Assembly (NCBI RefSeq): GCF_006345805.1
Contig: NC_042998.1
Span: 202,058,001 to 202,122,000, forward strand
Length of the DNA stretch: 64,000 nt
Source: Octopus sinensis
Lineage: Eukaryota
Direction: 5' to 3'
Positions within the stretch are counted from its first letter, which is position 1; each line of letters opens with the position of its first letter. Under the pieces are notes generated by a model. It had not been told where the DNA came from. It ran no database searches and saw nothing but the letters and a program-made list of their open reading frames with translations. Shown here in pieces: positions 27,886 through 41,909 of the stretch. The position numbers and the translations under genes were made by a program.

Positions 27886-28035
27886 GGTGTATATTATACG
27901 CAATAACAAAAGGGTAGGAACAATATTATATTAAACATTCTGAGAAACTATTTATAAATTTGGGGATTGTAACATTAAATCTTTGTGAGCTGCAGTATAA
28001 TGAATGTCGCTATAATAGAAAATTAAAATTGTGTT
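27659..28035. repeat. Diverged ~155-bp inverted repeat around a (TA)n tract
   Basis: 27659-27813 vs 27881-28035 reverse-complementary with scattered substitutions. Confidence 0.85.
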
Positions 28036-28216
28036 AATACATTATAAGACTGCATTTTTAATAAGTGCAGATTGAGTTATACATTTTAATTCGGAATAGT
28101 ATTTTTGAAACGTCCTATCGGTAGTGTTCATAAAAAACGCATGCGAACAGTTGGTGGTCTCTGATGTTTATACGCGGTGGATTTCGAAGTCCGGTTGTAG
28201 TATTTTCTTGTAAATA

Positions 28217-28447
28217 AAGGCGGCGAGCTGGCATAAATGTTAGCACGCTGGGCGAAATGCGTAGCCGTATTTCGTCTGCCGTTTCGTTCTGAGTTCAAAT
28301 TCTGCCGCGGTTGACTTTGCCTTTCATCCTTTCGGGGTCCATAAATTAAGTACCAGTTACGCACTGGGGTCGATGTAATCGATTTAATCCATTTGACTAC
28401 CCTTATTTGTCTCCTCTATGTTTATCCCCCTGTGGGCAATAAAGAAA
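28217..28447 (+). mobile_element. tRNA-derived SINE
   Basis: ggcggcgagctggc head, gagttcaaattc B-box, central gactttgcctttcatcctttcgggg...taagtaccag; further copies at 23678 and 52292. Confidence 0.88.
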
Positions 28448-30062
28448 CAAATATTTTCTTGTAAATATATGTTTTTGTGTGTTTAAACGCACTTACAATC
28501 ACACACATAAATACAGAAAAGCACACATACTCACACAGAGAAGTGCAAACACGCAGACAAACAAATACAGGTATAGCTGTATGCATGTATGTATATGAAT
28601 ATATATATGCGTATAAAAACAATTCCAAGATATCTTTATTGCCATATATATGTCATTGATAGGGCCATAATGTAGGACTTTTATTAAGATCTTACCGAAT
28701 ATGATTTAGCTGTCAATAAATAACTAAAGTTATACGACTATTGTTGCAACGCCGTCATTGGTTTCACAATTTTAAACAGTGAATAATCTACATAAAACTA
28801 CTTAAATGAAATGCAATTTATAATGCATGATATTCTATTAAAGGCTTCCGAGAAATGTTTTCAGTATATAATGAAATGGAAATGGATACAAATTACATAA
28901 GAAAATAAAAACAAATTCAAGATATACAAACTATTTAAATATTTTTATGTTACTTTCGTTTGTGTGTATCGCAACATTTTCGACTTAATGAATGCTTTCA
29001 AAGAATCCGTATGAAGCAATACGAAATAGAAAATGTGAAATCTGCTGTATTTTTAAATGACGAATGGTGAGAGATATAATTTCAACCTGTTCAATTATAT
29101 CAAATATTTTTTTAATGTTCATGCAAATTCAATTAATACCGATGTTAATTAAGAATTTCAATACTTAAAAGGATGTGATAATTTCATATCAGCGAAAATG
29201 GATTACAAATAATTTGGATAAGTAAGTATTTTAAACACGATAATGTTTAACAAAATTGTGGAGTCATAATTTCAATTAATGACTTCCATACATACGAATA
29301 CTAGGATAAATAAATAGAAAGATGCAGAGGATTATATAAAACAGTGCAACGTACACTACTGTATTATCTGTAATATTTATATGTCTATTATATAAGTTAA
29401 TGTATCAAGCTACAAGCATGATACTATATAACAACAACTTGAAAATAAGTGAATGCGAATTATATATATATACATAATGTCTGGTGACTTTATGAGATAT
29501 TCAGGCTGTGTCTGCACAGCATATACGAATTATAGAATATAGAATAATAGAAAATCGTTGAAAAGTTGAAAAGTTAGTAGAAGATAAATCACATCGGAAA
29601 ACGAAACGAAAAGAAAAAAGAAAAAAAAACCGGGGGGGGGGATTAGAGTTACGTGTCCTTTGTCCTTAAAACCATAATAAGGTTTGAACGCATAACTATC
29701 TATATTACAGTCATTTAATTCGGAGAAATATTTATTTTACAAATCGCCAACAGGAATTTATCCATATATTTCCATCCACTAAACATTTCAGATCTGAAAT
29801 TAAGCAGTGCGGTGGAGTTCTTAGATCTGAAAAGAATCTACGATTTTCAGTTACGCACAGCTTGCATTTTTTCATCCATTAAGATGTCATAGATTTTTGA
29901 GATATTTTCTACTGAATGGTAAGTGGTTAAGTAGCGTGGCGTTAAAATTCAAACCACATACGTGGATCGCAAACTTGGTGGCTTTCTTTTGTCACTATGC
30001 GGGAATGAAGATATGTGGGAGAGCATATCGTCTTTTGAAGTCGACTCAACTGATAAAGTAAA

Positions 30063-30097
<35 letters not shown>

Positions 30098-30929
30098 GAG
30101 AGAGAGAGAGAGAGAGAGAAACCTGCAGTGGTTGTTGAGTTTGTAGTTGGTAAAGGAAACGGAAGATGGATTTAGTACGGATCATTATTCAGAACGACGG
30201 TGGTTCCAACCTATACTGCATCTATCCCATAGGATGTTGTGCATGTGGTTACGTTGCATCATTCAATGCAAATGTTGTCACTTCAGGTGCTTGGTGGAGA
30301 AAAATACCTCACTAGATATATTGAAATATATTTGGCATGTGTTTTAGGTTAGTTTTACATTGGCAGACTAACAGCGTGTTACCGGCCGGCATACCTGTAA
30401 TGTGAATTGTGGATAATTGGCAGCAAATAGTCTAATACACGGCACCTACATTCTGAAATAAAATCTACATTATTTATGTGCACTTGCATACAGGTAATTC
30501 ATTTCAAACGTGTTAATAAAAACCTATTGTTTGCCTATAAAGTCAGTTTTAGGAACATTAATAATACGTATACAGCTTTGATTATATACTAAAAAATGAA
30601 TCGGATCAAGACTTTCCATTTCGAGGTTTTCGTGTACTCCATTAAGCCAGGATACTACACAGAAAATTTATATGAATGCCCAACTTTCAGACCCAATGAG
30701 ACAAGGTATGAATTTGATAGGTTAATCAAACAACATTTGATGGAATATTATTGTATAATAGAGAATTTGTGAAAATGGGCCACTGTGAAAATGGGCAAGT
30801 GCAAGTTTAATTTAAGTTTCAAAAGTGTTGTGCTGTGACTCCCCCTACGAGAATAGACTTGACCTAACGACGATAAATTATTGTAGCGGTCTGAGCAAGA
30901 GACCGAGAGTAGGCGTTCGTATTGAACAG

Positions 30930-32600
30930 GTGGATTGAGTTTTTCATAACGGAGTGTCTTTGTCGTGTGAGATATAATTCATAGTGTTAAATGTTTGTTT
31001 GATTGATTGTTACTGTTCAAATTGTTGCTTTTGTTATTTTGAATAGTTGTATTTTTTGCATTTGGCAAAATGGAGAAAATGCCAGCAGGTGGCCGCTTCA
31101 ACTGGAAAACAGATAGACGCGGAAACGCTGGAAGTATGTCAAATAAAGGTGGAACCACGAAAAATGAAGCAATGTGACAAGATGCTGGAAAGAAACGGAA
31201 ATACACTGAAATTAACGCCGCCTGTGGAATTAACAACTAGTGTAACGAAAAGGACGGTACTATTTAAGACGATGAAGATAGCAACAAGGAAGATAGAAAT
31301 AGCGACAATTGAGGCTATTGAAGAGTGTTTAAAGAGTATTATAAAACTAACCACGTTCATAACAAGAGGGAGAAAGTACGCAGTTGTGGAGGTGCGCTTT
31401 GCATCAGAAGAGGAAACAATTAAGCACTCCCCGGAGGCAATAAGACCGGAGGAATGGGTGCTTGGGCTATCGTACTGTGGCAAACGTGTGATCAGAGTAC
31501 AAGTTGGCAAAAGGCCCACAGAACTGAAAGAAACATGGTTGATGGCAGCCATAATGTACACTATGAATGAGGAGGCCAAGATACTGAAGGCCACAAGGAC
31601 CCAAAGGATACGGAATTGAGTTGACCGTCTAAGCAACAGTGGAAGAATTAACCCGAATTATTGAAGAGATAGTACTGCCCAATGACTCAAGATTGAGAGT
31701 GGTGGTGGAAGGCAGGCCGCCTTTATGTTTTACATGTGGGGAAAAAGGCCACATGAAGGCGAGGTGCCCCCAGGGAGAACAACAAATAGTGTAGACGGTG
31801 AGACAGGAGAGTACGGATCAGGTGGTACAGGTCGAGATAAATGACAAAGCAACGGAGGAGGAATTCACGGTGGTGAAAAAACGAAAGAGAAGTGGGAGAG
31901 TGAGCTCTCCGCCAGAGAAGCAGATAAAGAAAAAATGAAGAGGTGGAAATGGAGGTTGTGACCAAATGAGATAAAATTGTGGTGAATAAAGAAAGGGAAA
32001 AGGAAATTGAAAAAGTGTTCAAGGAAGAGTTACATAAGGAGGAGACAGTAGTGAAGACACCTGTTGTTCCAATGGAGGAGAGAGATTCAGGAGTGCAACT
32101 ATAGAAGGGTGAAATGGAGAGACTGTCCAGAGTGGAGGAAGAGTAGGACAAGGTACCAGGAGTGGAGCAGGAAAAGAGAAAATAAAGAAGTTTCGATGGA
32201 AGTTCGTGACGTACGCGATAAGCAAAGAAAGTGAAAGTAAACTTTCAAACATTTAAACACATCATAAGAGTGAAGTTACCCACGGATGTGTATTCCGAGA
32301 ATGTGAAGAACATCGTGGTTAACAAAGATACTTACAGCAGGCTAAAAGACATGTGTGGAAGCGGGATTGACCCGCCAGGAGTTTTGGTGGAGTTCGACGA
32401 ATTGCCACCAGTAGTGGAGCTTTTCATGAGGTATTGAACAGGAAAAAAGAGTAAAATTGTTTTGCTGAAAAAAAAAGAAATAATTGTTTCAGTTTTAAAA
32501 AAAGAGGAAAAAAACGATGATTAAGAAAAGCAAGAAAAATAGAACGAGTGTAAGTAGTTTATATAAATGTTAAATGTCACTACTTAAAAGGAAGTCTTAT
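30930..32600 (+). mobile_element. Decayed ORF1-only non-LTR-like element (RRM-like + CCHC + C-terminal domain)
   Basis: ORF 31047-31619 (..RGRKYAVVEVRFASEEE..), LRVVVEGRPPLCFTCGEKGHMKARCP at ~31693-31770, E/K-rich linker, C-terminal domain to 32437, A-rich 3' end; no ORF2. Confidence 0.75.
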
Positions 32601-35600
32601 GATGGAAATTTAGCTATTACTGTGAACGCTATAGATACCAACAGCAGAACGGATTTAGTCAGTCATTATCGGTTGAATAATAGTAAGAACTGCCGGATGT
32701 CGCAGGGGACTTACACCAGAAGGAGTGCTTTCTAGAAGCAGCAGGGTAAAATCCGTCAGCCATTGTGCTGGTCTGCAAAAGTTTTTCAGATATATGTAAA
32801 TTTCTGTGAAACATTTAAGCAGATACCGAATAGTATATTTCGTACTTATACTGTAGATATTAAGACTGATTATATTACACGTGTCATAAGCCAAACGAAA
32901 CTCTATGGTATACCCATAAACAATTTAATCACGACTCTTGATCAATAACTTAGGGAACAATAAAAATGTAATTTAAATATTTTAATAGTGATATATTTGT
33001 AATATCACAAGCAGGTAAGCACAGAATTGATGTATTACAGTTTACAAACCTAGTGGTTATTCAAATAGTTAAGTGTAGAGATAAATCAACACAAGATTCA
33101 ACTACAGGTATAATGATATGGAATATTAATTTCAAAACATAGCAACACTAATGCTATCGGCTAGATTCGGAAGCACCTAAAAACAAGTGGGGTATAAAAG
33201 TCAATAGCAATTATAATGATAAAACCAATAAATTCTGACGTAATGTGTTTCAACATGTTGAGCGTGTATAAAGTCCTATACATATATAGATATGAGCAAA
33301 CGTTTGTACCTTATCTAAAACATCTGAAAGAGTTTGGCATGCTGTAAATTTGTATCGTATTTGTATTTTGCTTTACCGAGGTTACACCTCGGCCAAATGC
33401 TTCGTTTTAACTGATGGAGTTACGGGATGACCTGATACATAACGCCATAGCAGTATGTGAAAGCAATGGTTCAGTGTAAGACAAAAAGGGCACTATAAAT
33501 GCATAAATCATATTTAAATTACAAAATATTTAAGGAAAGTTATCGAATATCTCAATAAATGATATTGTTTCTTAAATACCTTTATAACTAACCTTTTAAG
33601 ATAAATACTGCTGATTTTCCTGCTAGGTCACCTCAGAACCAACGTATAATGAATTTTTAAAGAATATGCAGCATATTCATAATCTGTAGCTCATTCTATA
33701 CTAAATTAAAATACATTGTTGTGTTGTTTAAAACACTGGAGATTATATTAAAATCATAGCAACATTGGTTGTAATTCTAGTAAAATACTAATGTCGAGTA
33801 ACCAAATTTAAATATTGTCTTCAAATATAGTCTTTTCTAGACGTTTAACAATTTTTTTCGCAAATGCTTCCGTATACAAAGCGTCATCTGGAAACAAAAT
33901 CTCATACATAATTCAACCTATTAAATATTAACTATCATATTTGACGTATTTAATATATTCTTCTTGAACATCTGTTCGTTATATATTCTTTTTTTTTTTT
34001 TGTTATTTAACTTTACATATCTTATCAACAAATTCTATTCTGTTCTTTGATCCAAACCTAAGATATTTTTTATTTATCGGAAAATCAATTTTTCACCACA
34101 CTTTTGAAGTCACAAGAGGTACGCTGTGATAGTTGCATCACATTTCCAAACAGGAACACGCACACACAAATATACGCACAGAAATATACAAATACACACG
34201 CAAAATATACTAATACATACACACGTATAAATATACAAACACATACACATAAATATAGAAATACACACACACTTATATTAATATATAAAAAAACTACATA
34301 TTTTTTATACACATATATATGTAAGTATATATGTATTTTTGTATGTATACATACCTTACGCAGCAGCAGAGTAGAGCATACAAATAAAGAGAAGTCATTA
34401 CATCTGTGTCGTTGATATGTGTATTACTGCACTACAATGGTGCCAGGTATGAAAGCAAACAGTTAGGTAAGAGAAAACATATCCCTTGTCTCGTATCTGG
34501 AAGCATATTATAACATTTCCTTGTGCATTGTAAAAGCACATTCTGTCTGTCCAACATTGAAACACTTATTTTCAGATTCCAAGGAGAATGTAGCATTATT
34601 AAATGCCTAAAAAATATTTATCCTTACTTTCTCTCAAAATTTTATTTATGAACAAATATTATAAAATGAGCAGTTATGAAATGGATGCAATATGAGCGTC
34701 TAATATATAAGAAAAATATATGATGTGTCTATATTTAACTAACGTTTGGATATATTTCCATTCATTAAGTAGCATATGAAAACTTTACACATATTGCTTT
34801 TTAACATTACAAGGATATAAGTGTATCCCAGAATTAATTACGTATTTCAATAAAATCGGTGAAAGATTTCAAAACTGACAAGATTTTATGTTTATTACTT
34901 AATTATGATACCAAAACAAATAGAATTATAAATCTTACGTCAAAACTTGGTTTTTGTTTTTTGAAATTTGCTCCGTCTGTATTCCTGCAAATTTAAAATA
35001 TTTCAAATCTATCCTTAGTGCTGTGAAGAAACACATTTTGAAGCAGTTCGGGAGTTATTTCTTGCACTACGAAGTGAATGCATTCATTTCGTTCAGCTGA
35101 ACTCTTGGTTCATCATGGGGATGCAATTAGAGAAACTAATTGCGGCCAAATTGAAAAGAAGATGTTGCGGACAGATAAGCGACACCCAAGAGCAATGAAA
35201 ATCAAATTATGAATAACATTGTAAAAAATATAAAATTATAAACAAAATTTTAAAAATTATACACATTTAGCACATTTTAAACACGAGTCAGTTTTTAAAA
35301 TTATTGTCCGATTTCAAAGAAATAGTCAATTCTGGGACAGAGTCTATAGGCAAGAGTAAGTACAATAATAGTGATACATACATACCTACGTACATATATA
35401 TATATATTTATTGGAATTGATATTGTGCAGCGTGAGGTGTACTCTGGCACAATCGTTCAGAATTCTAAACATGGAAGTTAGCACGAAAATACATGCTAGT
35501 TGCACGACCTCATCTTACCAATATCCCTTGAAATTTATAGTGAGGCACGTTGAAATCCATTGTACTGTAAATGCTACTTATTTCACGCGAGATAGAGGAA

Positions 35601-35647
35601 TTCTTTTGTTGCCCTTCATCAATGAATTACATTACATATGAATATAA

Positions 35648-35711
<64 letters not shown>

Positions 35712-36122
35712 TTACTCTTTTACTCTTTTACTTGTTTCAGTCATTTGACTGCGGCCATGCTGGAGCACCGCCTTTAGTCGAGCAAATCGACCACGGGACT
35801 TATTCTTTGTAAGCCCAGTACTTATTCTATCGGTCTCTTTTGCCGAACCGCTAAGTGACGGGGACATAAACACACCAGCATCGGTTGACAAGCAATGCTA
35901 GGGGGACAATCACAGACACACAAACACACACATATATATATATATATATACATAAATACGACAGGCTTCTTTCAGTTTCCGTCTACCAAATCCACTCACA
36001 AGGCATTGGCCGGCCCGGGGCTATAGCAGAAGACACTTGCCCAAGATGCCACGCAGTGGGACTGAACCCGGAACCATGTGGTTGGTTAGCAAGATACTTA
36101 CCACACAGCCACTCCTGCGCCT
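35712..36122 (-). mobile_element. Full-length tRNA-derived SINE with (AAAGAGT)-type tail
   Basis: Head ggcgcaggagtggctgtgtggtaag...gggttcagtccc; internal (TA)/(TG); tail ggtgctccagcatggccgcagtcaaatgactgaaacaagtaaaagagtaaaagag. Confidence 0.9.
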
Positions 36123-36136
36123 ATATATATATATAA

Positions 36137-36380
36137 TTTCAGTAAAACAATTAAGATTCAAGTGAATTCCAATGAATTCAAATGAATGCGGTACTTAACT
36201 TAGATGCACCAGAAATCTTTATGGTATTAACCATAAAATAATGTGGGGGGATTATAAACAAGAAAAAAGCAACAAGAATGGATTAGTTGTTCAGTACAAG
36301 TGTTTCATACGAAGAACAGATTTATTTAAAGCTGCAAATATTGCAGCAAATACAAGTGTCCCGTCTTCATCAGCCAAAAC
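36137..36380 (-). mobile_element. (TA)n-tailed element 3' end with a type I hammerhead (36289-36380)
   Basis: Minus strand ttgg-CTGATGA-agacggg...ttcgtat-GAAAC-ACTT-GTA-ctgaa; the 3' tail shares motifs with the 9248-9632 element; 5' extent unclear. Confidence 0.7.
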
Positions 36381-36540
36381 ACATATGAGTTTTCCAAAGA
36401 TCCTAGGGAGTGAGGCTACACTCATGAAGTATCGAAGAGAGTTCTATGAAAAGCAAAGTTAGGTTGTAAGCAGACTAAAATGTTTTCTAATGATGCACAG
36501 TTTTTAAAAAGATTGTTAGCTTCTCAGAAAAGGTAAATCC

Positions 36541-36651
36541 ATCCATAATAATGCAGGTGTAATTTCCGGAGATATGAGGAAATATTTTATTCACAGAGAA
36601 GATGAATGTATCCATAATAATGCAGATGTAATTTCCTGATATATGAGGAAA
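36541..36651 (+). repeat. 42-bp direct duplication
   Basis: atccataataatgcag(g/a)tgtaatttcc(g/t)ga(g/t)atatgaggaaa at 36541 and 36610. Confidence 0.85.
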
Positions 36652-37169
36652 AGATGTTGATCACACATCTATTCATTTCACAAATTAAGTGTTGGAAGAA
36701 GAGATTGGCTATAGTGGCCAAAAGAAGCCGCCGCAAAAGAAGTCAGTGAAGCAGAAACCGCCCAAATAAGGACATTATGGGAGAATAAGACGGCGTAAGT
36801 ACACTACCTACAAAGGTTAGTTTATTTCTGTGGTGACAGAAAATCTAGGTCAGTGTTGCAGGAATTTAAGATTTATAAGGGAACATTATTTTTGACCAGC
36901 AAACAGCTATTAACTGCCACTCCTACAGAGTTAATGGCAGGATAAAAAATATAAAGAGATCAAAGGAAAGAATTAAAGGGGTCAGAGGCTATCAGTAGAG
37001 GAAGATACAGTAAGAAATTTAAGGGCAACACTAGAACAGAAGGTTATTTATTTATTATTGTTTCTATTATTACTAATGTTTATATATTGTAAGACAGAAT
37101 TTAGGTCAATACCTAGGGGTCAGATAATTTCTATAGTAAATGGTGTGAGAGTTTTGCTTATTCAAAATA

Positions 37170-37310
37170 TAGTGAAAATTATTGGACGCTCAGGAAAGAA
37201 GGAAAGAAGAACGTTTCGAGCGAGGCTGTTCGTCGGAAACATAGGAGAAGGAACGATCCAGAGAAGGGAAGACAGAGGAAAAAAATCGCCAACGGTAAAC
37301 ACGAGGTCAC
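37170..37310 (-). mobile_element. Second copy of the 7557-7768 repeat with a hammerhead-like motif (~37207-37240)
   Basis: ttattggacgctcaggaaagaagg...tttcgagcgaggctgttcgtcggaaacataggagaagg; minus strand CCGACGA...GAAACGTT. Confidence 0.7.
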
Positions 37311-37473
37311 ATTTATTTTATATATATATATATTTACACACAGAGAGAAGTGTGTATATATATGAACTGTTACATGTCACCATATATACATATACTAACA
37401 TTATATACATACAAACATACACGCTGGATTGCGTGTTCGTTTCCCTTTTTGTCATATGTGGTTTTATTTTTGA

Positions 37474-37700
37474 TCTCTCTATCTATAAACGGCAAAATGT
37501 CTGTGTATCTGTGTGTCTGTGTGTCTGTGTGTCCTGTATAAAGATCCACAGTTTTTCATGTAAACGGCTTGCATCTTCTATGGGCTTTCAAAACGGTTTG
37601 AGGGTGGTCGTGAAAATCTTTTCATTTCCCCTGTCACCCCAGAAAGCCATTAAGAAATCGATAAACCGATCCATTATGTCCAACAGTTTAATGCGCGTGC
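37474..37700 (+). mobile_element. Non-autonomous Helitron-like 5' end
   Basis: A|TC start, tctatctataaacggcaaaatgtc followed by a (GTCT/GT)n tract, the layout of HINE/Lep1-type Helitron 5' ends; 3' end not identified. Confidence 0.5.
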
Positions 37701-39448
37701 GCATTTCCAGACAATCTGTGTAACTCAGCGCATTTTTGTGTTTTGCGAAGCCGCGTTATCATGTGGTTTGGCTTTCAAACGTGCAAGCTTCTTTGATTTG
37801 AGAAATGCAGGGAATAATTAAGGAATTAGACCAAGCGAATGGACAAGAGAGCGGGATTTTCATGAAAGACCAAATATGCTTAATATGCTATCATTCCTTA
37901 AGTATGCCATAAAAGAGCTGGAGCCTATTCAATGAATCTATTTAGAAAGGACATTGCATTTATGCTTTCGGTTGATTTAAGTTATCCAGCGAAAGCCTAG
38001 GATGTTTTATACAAGTAGGATTAAAAATGAAAAATGGGTAAGTTGATCCCCTAAGGGACTTTCATAATAAACGTTTATTTGTTTGCATTCAGCTTAAGAT
38101 CGAATCATTTGCTACCTACACGGTAGGGGCATAGGGTTATGAGGGTGATCCTTTTGGTGCAAGAAATCTTGATTTGATTCGAGTTTACCAAAATTGCCAA
38201 TCAATCTGTGGAAACTCAATAAAACTGTCCTTGCGGGTTCCCGCATTCAAATTGACTGCAACCTTTTCTTTTAGCCCTATTTTGAGGTACGAATGACCAA
38301 AGACACCAAGATTTTCTTAAGCGAAATTTCAGGCTTTTGTGTTTTGAGGTACGAGTGAAAATTGAGATGCTAATTAATTTCCGGTCACATTTTTCCGCTC
38401 GCTAGGAAATTTTAAATCCCTTGTCAGCCCTAATTATTCATGTCATTTGTTGGTGAAGGTTTGCTTTCGTGGTGGTCTTTATCGATTTTCTAACATCCTC
38501 CCCCTTCATCTTCAACAAAGCCGCCAAATTTACGATGATTAAATACCCAGTGCAGCTGCACCTCTGGGTGAGGTCAGAAACTACAGAAGCTCAGTCAAAC
38601 GCGTTAAAAAACATATGCGATGGAATGGCGAACATAATTTCCGATAATAAAAAATGAGATTCAGCACAAAATGAAGCAATCTTTATCTGTAAAAAACCTG
38701 AGTTTTGTTCTTACGCCCATTTTATAGCTAACCAAACAGAAGCACACCGGTATCTAAGACAATTAAATGCTAGAACTCACGAGTCATACAGTGTTTCTGC
38801 ACTACCTTGATTAAGTAAGAACTTTTTATTCGAACACTGGAAACGAACAACAAACACATGATATGAAGCTTTCAGTTAGCGGAACTCTGCACATGTCATA
38901 GTCGGATAAAAAGGGAGGAAGAAGAACGCGAAAATCTCAAATTTGACCGCACCATAGCATTATTTTGAAAATACACATAACCATCGTTTGTTGAGTTCGC
39001 ATCCAGCCTGAGGTCAAATCGTTCGCTATCTACACAGTAGGTGACAAGAGTACTGAAGTTATTACTTATGGTGCGTTAATTTGATCAGAGTTTGCCCATA
39101 ACAATCCCTTACGGGCTTACACATTCAAATTGTATTGCAACCGCTTTCTTTTAGCCTTAACTTCCACATAATAAGCTCTCCGTTTGCTACTGCAAATTGA
39201 TTGGGTGTTCCCACTTCACAAATACCCTGTGTTTTTCTAATTTGAATCCACTTTCCATTAATTAATTAGCCCGTGCATCAAATACCGTAAAAAGCGTTTT
39301 CCCGCGTAGACACTTAGTCATTGTGTGCGCGTATATGCGTGAGCGTGGCACTGCGTATGACCTTGCCCGCGTGCGTGTACTGGCCAATGCTGCTGAGGGA
39401 CATACGTAAACGTTTGACATTGGACGCGCGGCCATGGATTTGCACGTA

Positions 39449-40047
39449 CTAGATCATTATCCAACAAGAGAGATACCCAAATACGAACCTGGAAGTACGT
39501 ATAATACTACTACAGGATGGCAGAGGTGAAAGCTGAAGGTGGACGAGCGTAGTAAACACATTCTCTCATCCCAGCTCTGTCCCCGTCTATCGTTTTTTCT
39601 CTCTATCTCTCACATTCTCTGTCTCTCTGTCTCTATCTGTCTCCTCCTCTTCGCTGATATGAGGCCACCCTCATTATGCCACTACCTTTCTCTCAACGGG
39701 CTGTTCATGTGTTGGCGAAAGACATTATCTATAGTGTTATAGTTCAAGTTCCCTATCTCTTTGTCTCCTCCTGTCTCCTCCCCTTCCCTGATATCCGTCA
39801 ACCATCATTATATCACCACATTCCCTCAACGGGCTCTCAACCTAACAATTTCTGCACCGTTTTATATTCATCATATAATAGGCCAAACCCCGTAGGATAC
39901 CCATTACCGATTTTTATTGAAATCCAATTAGCCTATAATTGAACTGGATGTTTGTTCAACATGTATGAAAAGTTTGGTGAAGATTGGTTCGCTGGGTTAG
40001 GCAGCAAGATGGTAACAGACATAGATGAATTGCCATCTATATGTAAG
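39449..40047 (-). mobile_element. Non-autonomous Helitron-like element
   Basis: Minus strand has ccaatcttcaccaaactt near the 5' end and terminates CTAG|T at 39449; internal ~70-bp direct repeats at ~39637 and ~39771; subterminal hairpin poor. Confidence 0.45.
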
Positions 40048-40576
40048 GCATATACACACACGCGCGCGCGCATAGACGTGTATATGTATAAATACATATT
40101 TTGCATAGATGTATGCATATATTTTCAGTTACATACAGTGACGTATTCGTTTTTTCCCCGTATGTGCGCGTGTGAGTGTATGTGTATGTGTAAATATGTG
40201 CGATTTTCAATAGATATAATTCATAACAATATAAAATTTTAAATATTCTCAATTTCCATTCGGAAAAAGTTTATATTAAATGCCATTGAATTAATATATG
40301 ATATACATTAATCTAAGTAAATTATAATTTATTTCATTATACACGCTTAAAATCTCATCAAAAGTTTTGGGTTTTTAAGTTTTAATTGCATACATTAACG
40401 GTGACATAATAAACTTTGATATATTAACTCCGATGTAGATTCGTCATGTATAAATAACAATGCGTATATTACGACGCGCACGTAGTGATGTATACAATGT
40501 CTTCGTACCATAACTTATCAATGAAAGCATATCAAGATCAACGCACACACACATACACGCTCACACACGCGCACGC

Positions 40577-40632
<56 letters not shown>

Positions 40633-40679
40633 TTGTGTGTGTGCGTATATATATATATAGATATATATATATATATATG

Positions 40680-40810
40680 TAGGTCCCGGGTTGAGTCGGG
40701 GTTAACCACAGTAAATAAGGTACTCAATACATAGCAGAGTAAATTAATTTATTTTATAGAAGGAGCTTCTACAGGACTAGAACTGTTTCATTCAAAAGAA
40801 ATCATCAGGA
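40680..40810 (-). mobile_element. Short (TA)n-embedded element starting in a hammerhead (40768-40809)
   Basis: Minus strand CTGATGA-tttcttttgaat-GAAAC-agttcta-GTC-ctgtag; the 5' strand of stem I is replaced by (TA)n. Confidence 0.65.
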
Positions 40811-40913
40811 TATATATATAATGTAGGATAAAAATTTTTTTCGAAAAAAATACTTTTCCAAAAATAATTTTATCAATGGCCAGCATATTAAAAAATACCT
40901 TTAAAGGTATAAA

Positions 40914-41057
40914 CAATTCATAAGGGCAAACGAAAAAATGTCTAATGTCGAATATGCCGAAAAGTTGGACATATTGTCCATTAACCATATAACTTTTCGG
41001 CATATTTGGCATATTTGGCATTAGGGATTTTTCGTTTGCCCTTATTTATGAATTGTA
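40914..41057. repeat. Imperfect inverted repeat between (TA)n tracts
   Basis: acaattcataagggcaaacgaaaaa..atatgccgaaaagtt (40914-40966) vs aacttttcggcatat..ttttcgtttgcccttat..gaattgt (~40991-41057). Confidence 0.8.
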
Positions 41058-41085
41058 TATATATATATATATATATACATATATG

Positions 41086-41134
<49 letters not shown>

Positions 41135-41236
41135 GATGTGTGTTGATATGGAAACAATGATTAGATTTCACGATCGAATCTCCTGCGATGGGATCCCTTG
41201 TCGAGAATGCAAATTTCATTTAATTAAGGGATCTTT

Positions 41237-41320
41237 GGCTTGACAAGTAGCTAGCGGATTAACCCTCATTTGGGTAATTACTACTTCCGAGATTCTGCTA
41301 GACATGAAACATATGTAGCC
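41237..41320 (+). ncRNA. Type I hammerhead-like motif with U3-A8 core variant
   Basis: ggc-TTGACAA-gtagctagcgga...tctgctagacat-GAAAC-ATAT-GTA-gcc; stems I and II pair; palindromic loop III. Confidence 0.7.
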
Positions 41321-41606
41321 TGGATTTTATCAACTCCATTCACTAATTTTCGATTTTCATTCGCACACACAGAAACCCCATCTGCTAACTGTAAACTATA
41401 AAATGATTTTTTTTTCTGATTATCCAACTTCGAAATTCGGAAGATGTACAACCCTCAACGTCAATGAACCACTACCGCGCCTGAAAGTTGTTTGTATACC
41501 TACTAAGGACTATTCCAATCTTACTAACTTCTAATTCCTTGGATATTACCATTACATATTATATACATACATACATACACGCATACATACATGCATATAT
41601 ATATAT

Positions 41607-41654
<48 letters not shown>

Positions 41655-41872
41655 TATATATGCATATATATATAATATATATATATATACATATATATAC
41701 ATATATATATATGCGGGGGCCAGTAAAATTCCCCAGATATATACACTGTGTAGTAGGTGGAGTGGGTTTTGTGTACAGCGCAAGAGCTTCACTGTTAGTG
41801 AGGGAAATCATACTTTCAATGCAGTTACATATCTAGCTTCGAATCGTCAATAATATATCTCTCTCTCTCTCT

Positions 41873-41909
<37 letters not shown>

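Noticed and set aside
39421-39452. Plus-strand Helitron 3' end (hairpin + CTAG) closing the 37474 element
   Set aside because: CTAG is followed by A, not T, on the plus strand; it fits better as the end of a minus-strand element.
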